Made by a program: the position numbers and the translations under genes
Shown here: in pieces, positions 59,113-64,000 of the stretch
Numbering within the stretch: the stretch's first letter is position 1
How the letters are laid out: each line of letters starts with the position of its first letter
Assembly (NCBI GenBank): GCA_013239625.1
Contig: MU053588.1
Span: 1,932,508-1,996,507 of the forward strand
Source: Lama guanicoe
Taxonomy: Eukaryota
DNA: 64,000 bases
Direction of reading: 5' to 3'
Notes under the pieces: generated by a model
Seen by the model: only the letters and a program-made list of their open reading frames with translations
Databases searched by the model: none
What the model was told of the DNA's origin: nothing

Positions 59113-59697
59113 TGTGGGCATCAAGTACACTTTGGGCCAGGGTGCCACTTGGGCCAGTTGGCTCTGATGTGCATCTGCTATTGAGAGTCTTTTGTTTAAA
59201 AGGAAAAGTCTGTTTAAGACCCGGAACTGGTCATTTGGATTTGTGATGGCCATGTGAGTTTTGTATCTTGTGTCTTGTGTTTTGCAATTACCCTTCTGTC
59301 TTGTAAAATGGGAAATTCTGCTTGTGTTCCTCCACAGGGCCCTTTGGATGAATTCTGCCTGGTTGGAAAGATTTTAGTTGCTAAGATCACTTAGAATCAG
59401 ATGATAACTGCCTTTGAATGGTTCATTGAATTATATATGCTTGCAAGTACTTAATTGGGAACTAAAGGAAATCACGCCATAAAATGGCCACGTTGGGGTT
59501 CTTTTGACACTCCAAAACTGAATTTTGAGCATGCAGTTAAAGCTGGCAGTCTTCTGTGCCTGTCGAGTCTACTGGAAATAACAGTGGTGTTTTTCTCTTT
59601 TTTAAAATAAGATTAGCAAGGAAAAATATTTGTACGGCTAACTCCATGGACCCTTTGAAATGGAGAAACACCTAAATTGTGAATATTTTAGAGAGCT

Positions 59698-60263
59698 TGA
59701 AGGAGGATTAATAAAATGGCCACATTTAGACTAACAGGTTGCTTATTCTTACGCTTGCCCTTAAAAAGGTTAACTGACCTGAATGACTGGTTGCTACTCA
59801 CAGCTCCGGGCCCATTATTAAAACTAAATGTTAATTTTATGGTTTCTGCTTTATGCCAGTAATCAAATGTAATAATCACACTTGGCTTCTGAGTTGTTCC
59901 CCAGGGAGAAGGTCACAGAACTGTAACCTTACAAAGTAGGCTCAATACCAAGAGGACCACACCTTGCATGCTTCTGAGATAAGGAGATTGAAAAAGTGAC
60001 AACCTCTAGCTTCTATAGAATTGGCCTGGAGGCATCATGACACCTCTCTAAGTCTTATGAAGAGAAAATGATTCTTTTGATTGTTTATTGTTTGAGCTGT
60101 GGCTGTATAACCAACCCTGCCCCGTCCCCAAGGCGGGTGCACAGCTTTGAAGGCACCAGCCTGCTGTGAGTCTTCTTTGCTCAGCTAAGTAATAGAGCTG
60201 TCTGTTTTCTTCTAAGCTCCAAGACCCTGTCTCTGAGTTATTTAGGCTGATCTTTGGGCAACA
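59698..60263 (+). mobile_element. ERV1-class solo LTR
   Basis: TGAAGG...GGCAACA termini, 4-bp TSD AGCT. Confidence 0.75.
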
Positions 60264-61338
60264 AGCTCTTGTCTTAAACTATTGCACCTATCTTAATTAG
60301 TATGTGGAAGCCCCCCATAGCCTCAATTCTAAAACAGCTTCACTGAAAGATTTGTTGTAGAAGGCCAATGAAAGCAATGATATAAAAATTACCTAAAATT
60401 TTAACTACTGCTCCCCTCTACCTTTTATTTGAGTACTCATTTTAGTAATCTCCGAATTGCCTTTCTACTCAGAAGGCACTATTAAATAGGACCCTGTGAG
60501 GTTGTAGACAAGCCTCTTCAGATCAAAGGCTTGAACGGAGGGCCATAGTTAGAGAACTTTTTAGACCTGGGGAGGATCCTGAAAAGTGTTTGTAAATGGA
60601 TTACCAGAATGAGAGGCCACTGGTCTGACTACATCGACCATAGCTTGATATTCAGAATCTGACAGAAATTTTGGGGGAGGCCTTCTCCCCTAAGCTAAAT
60701 GAGGAAAAGTAAAACAATCCAACATATTTCAATAGGTGTGTCAGTCCTTTGATATCATGAAGACCACCCAATTCTTTGAGAAAAACAGAAAAGCCTCCTT
60801 ATTTTATAAATCTAGTCTTTGCAGGACAGGAGATGAAGCTCCAGAAATAATCCAAGGCCCACTGATCCTTTTACCACTCCCAAATCTCCCCTACTTAAGA
60901 GACTTGTAAGTATTGAGGGAAAAAAACCCAAACAAACCTTAAGGGAAGGAAGTCATCTAGGGGGAACTCACCTTTCTATGCCTCTGAAATGCAAGTGTTC
61001 TACTTGGTCTTCTCCAGGAATTTTTATTTCTGCCATCTTTTTAAAATGTAAATTTTGAGAAAGGGGGTAGGTAATTTGGAACTTGGCTTATTAAGGACAA
61101 ATAGAAATCTTAGATGTCTTCCATAGAAGTTAGTAAAAATATTTAGCCATCTAGACAGGCAATTTTGATTTGTTCCATCTGTCAGAAACCCAATTTGAAT
61201 CAAACCTCTTGTAACTGATGGATTTTACATTGTGTACTGATGTAAATTAAGTGCTTATATAAATATGCAGAATATAAAAAGAAACTAGCCAGAATGAAAA
61301 TCAAGTTTACATGATCTAGAAAATATTCAGTATTGAAT

Positions 61339-61640
61339 TGTAGTAGAGAATAACCTTTGTTTTGTTGGAGGTTTACAGGGATACCATGACAGGGATGGCT
61401 GCAAGAACAAACAATGCCTGCAGCAAGAAGATTACAACAATCAACCACCCCCCCCCTTATTTTTTGTATAAAAGGAGCCTGTATTCTGACTAGAACAGGA
61501 TGGTTCTCCAAGACATTAGTCTGCCATCTTGTCTATCTGCCGGCTTTCCGAATAAAGTCGCTATTCCCTGCCCCAACACCTCGTCTCTTGATTTATTGGC
61601 CTGTCATGCGGCGAGCAGAATGAGTTTGGACTCGGCAACA
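61339..61640 (+). mobile_element. Short ERV1-class solo LTR (302 bp)
   Basis: TGTAGT...CGGCAACA termini, TATAAAA, AATAAA, 4-bp TSD GAAT. Confidence 0.8.
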
Positions 61641-62814
61641 GAATCAATACCTGGTATTGAAGCTAGCTTAAACCTATTGGTTTGATTAATATAGACATGT
61701 CTTTAGAGTCATTAATGTTAAGCATAAAACTTCTATTGTACCTAGGTTTAATGGAAGTCCAATTTTATATCTGTTACCAATTTTTTCAGCAAGGAAAATA
61801 ACTTGGTATGATGAAATTCTTGTAAGTAACTTAAATGCAAATGAGAAAGAGCTTTTGGGTAAACTGTTTAGGGATAATTATTTCAGGATTGTCTACTCAA
61901 AAATGATTTCTCCAGATATTTAGTAACATTAAATTTTAGAATTGTGTTAAATTAAATTAAATGATGAAGGCTTATTAGCTAGATAATTTTCAAAGAAAAT
62001 AAGATACTATAACATGAATTGGTTTCACTTTGCAGAGAAACTAAAGGTATTTGGGACTGCTGATGAATATGTTTAGTGCCAAAGTGAAATATTTTCTATT
62101 AAAAAAGAAGCTCATGGTTTATAGAAATTATTATTGGTATTTATGTTTGCCAGTCTACAGAATGCTAATGTAAAAGACAGTTCATAATTGCTTACTTCTT
62201 AAAGTTTTCATTAGAAATTAAGGTTTTTAGTGGTTAAAATTATAATATATGTAATTAAAGCTACTGAAATAATAAGAGAAACATCTCAGTATGCCAGGAA
62301 AGTAAGATGAATATTTTCAGTAAAAGAAGGTTATGAGGAATGGAATTGTATTTTGTTAAAGGGAAAAGGAATATTTTTGTCCTAGGAGTTGGTTGCTTCT
62401 GGATGGAAAAAATAAAGGACAAACTAATATGAATGCAGAAAGTGATGAAAGTTTGTGGAAGAGGTATCCTGAAAAAAGGTGCTTTGTTAATGATCATGAT
62501 TGATTAAATTTAGATTGATTTAAATGAGTAAATGGATTTGGTTATTAAAAGTAAGCTAATGTAAAACTAGAATTTGATTCTCTCTATAAAAAGGACAAAG
62601 TTTTCTTAAAATGTTAATCTGCTTTTGGCAACAGATTGTAAAATTTCTTTTACCACTTAAGTGATCTGTTCTGTATTTTGCCTTTGAAATATTTTATTGT
62701 AATCTGGGGAGTAAGTGTTGGTTCACAGTGACCTATGATCTTATCTGATCAAGTGTTTTAAAACTTTTTAACAAGTTTCCCAATACCAGACTCTGATTAA
62801 AGTTATTTTGACCT

Positions 62815-62956
62815 AGGGAGAGGGCATAGCCCAGCGGTACAGCACGTGCTTAGCAAGCATGAGATCCTGGATTCAATCCCTCGCACCTCCATTAAAAAAC
62901 AAACAAACAAAAAACCCCAAAAAGACAAATAAAAAATAAAGTCTATTTAAATAAAC
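62815..62956 (+). mobile_element. tRNA-derived SINE (camelid-type)
   Basis: 14-bp TSD AGTTATTTTGACCT at 62801 and 62957. Confidence 0.87.
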
Positions 62957-64000
62957 AGTTATTTTGACCTCCAGCTAACTTTGGGATGCTTCAGAGAGTC
63001 CCTGAAATATCCCACAGAGAGATATTAAACTAAGTAGGTTCATTTGGTATGTTAAATTGCATGAGAAGTATTAAAAATAAAAAATAAATCTGCTTAAGTT
63101 ATATTGTATCAGAAATACTATTAATATGGATATTCTAAAAATTATATGGAATTCCTAAAAATCTGGTATGTCTAAAATGTTACCAGTCATAATTCTGGTT
63201 ATTGTAACTAGGTTTCTTTATCAATTACAGAGTAACCAGGTGTTTAACCATACTTCTTAAGTCTTTAGTCATTCATAGGCAGTTATGGCTTTACTCTGAT
63301 GCCTTTGAAAACTGTTTCATCTTCAAGAAGATTTATAGAAAGGACTTTATGACAAGTACAAATTTCTGATAACTTTTAAATCATATGGCTGAACTAGGTA
63401 AGAAATTTAAAAGGTCTAATAGAAATTCTAACTTCATAAAACTGTTAACAAAAAGGAATAGCTACATGGGACTAAGTAAACTGATGAATATGTCATAATG
63501 TTTGGTTTTGTCTAAAATATAACTGGCTTTTAATCTGTGTTTTCCAGATATAAAGAAACCTTTCTCAAGTGAATTATGACTTACAGCAACTTGGTAAACT
63601 ATACCTTCGAAAGCAGATTTCAAACATTTATCTTTTCTCTCTATCTGACCCCTCCAAAGCCTGGAAACTCTTAGGTTCCTAGCAGCTATACCAGGTAAAT
63701 TAGGAAGGTCACCTCCTAACAGGTGCAAAAATCTCAAGGTATTTTGGGGACCTCAAAAAGGGAGGAATTCACTTAAGTCTGTAAGACAAAATCTGTAACA
63801 GTTCCTTGATGTGGCTTTCCTGGCCTTGAAAGTCCTTTTGGGAATTCAGTCTGAGACTCCTTCTGAGGAATTCCAATATAGCCAATTTAAAAGAGCCTAT
63901 GATCAATTAATCTTTATTTGGCTATATTTGATTTAAAATGAGGGTAATTATAGAGAGAGAAAGATTATATTTCAGTGGATATTAAATTCTAGTTTTGTTA

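Larger units (their letters stand above)
57633..64000 (+). mobile_element. Degraded AT-rich ERV internal sequence (MER4-group-like) hosting several younger insertions; runs off the window
   Basis: Follows LTR+PBS; no intact gag/pol ORF; continuity across insertions inferred from TSDs. Confidence 0.5.

Noticed and set aside
57633..64000. Intact gag/pol genes
   Set aside because: Only short ORFs with no recognisable retroviral motifs; the internal region is degraded

Overview
Mammalian genomic DNA, very probably a camelid (six copies of a tRNA-Ala-like SINE with a TAAA/ATTACCTCCCCCC tail that I recognise as camelid-type). The window holds two minus-strand genes in tandem. The first is FBL (fibrillarin): exons 1-6 at 8417 to 501, with the 3' exons running off the left edge, and a CpG-rich TCT/E-box/NRF1 promoter. 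The second is a complete FCGBP (IgGFc-binding protein, mucus VWD protein): 20 coding exons from ATG 52196 to TGA 12706, all GT-AG and phase-compatible, 9009 nt, 3002 aa. It has 7 VWD assemblies, i.e. the compact form without the internal triplication of human FCGBP. Upstream of FCGBP are a probable tiny non-coding leader exon with a TATA box, a dense STAT6/STAT/ETS motif cluster, and a ~9 kb nested pile of endogenous-retrovirus pieces (55.2-64 kb) that includes a young-looking betaretrovirus-type solo LTR. Introns contain MIR, L2, L1, MaLR and MER elements plus three decayed tandem arrays. I found no clearly new biological system. The best leads are the FCGBP architecture and charge shift, its promoter/leader exon, and the ERV nest. 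Comparisons with human or mouse proteins and repeat subfamily names are from memory and need alignment or RepeatMasker confirmation.
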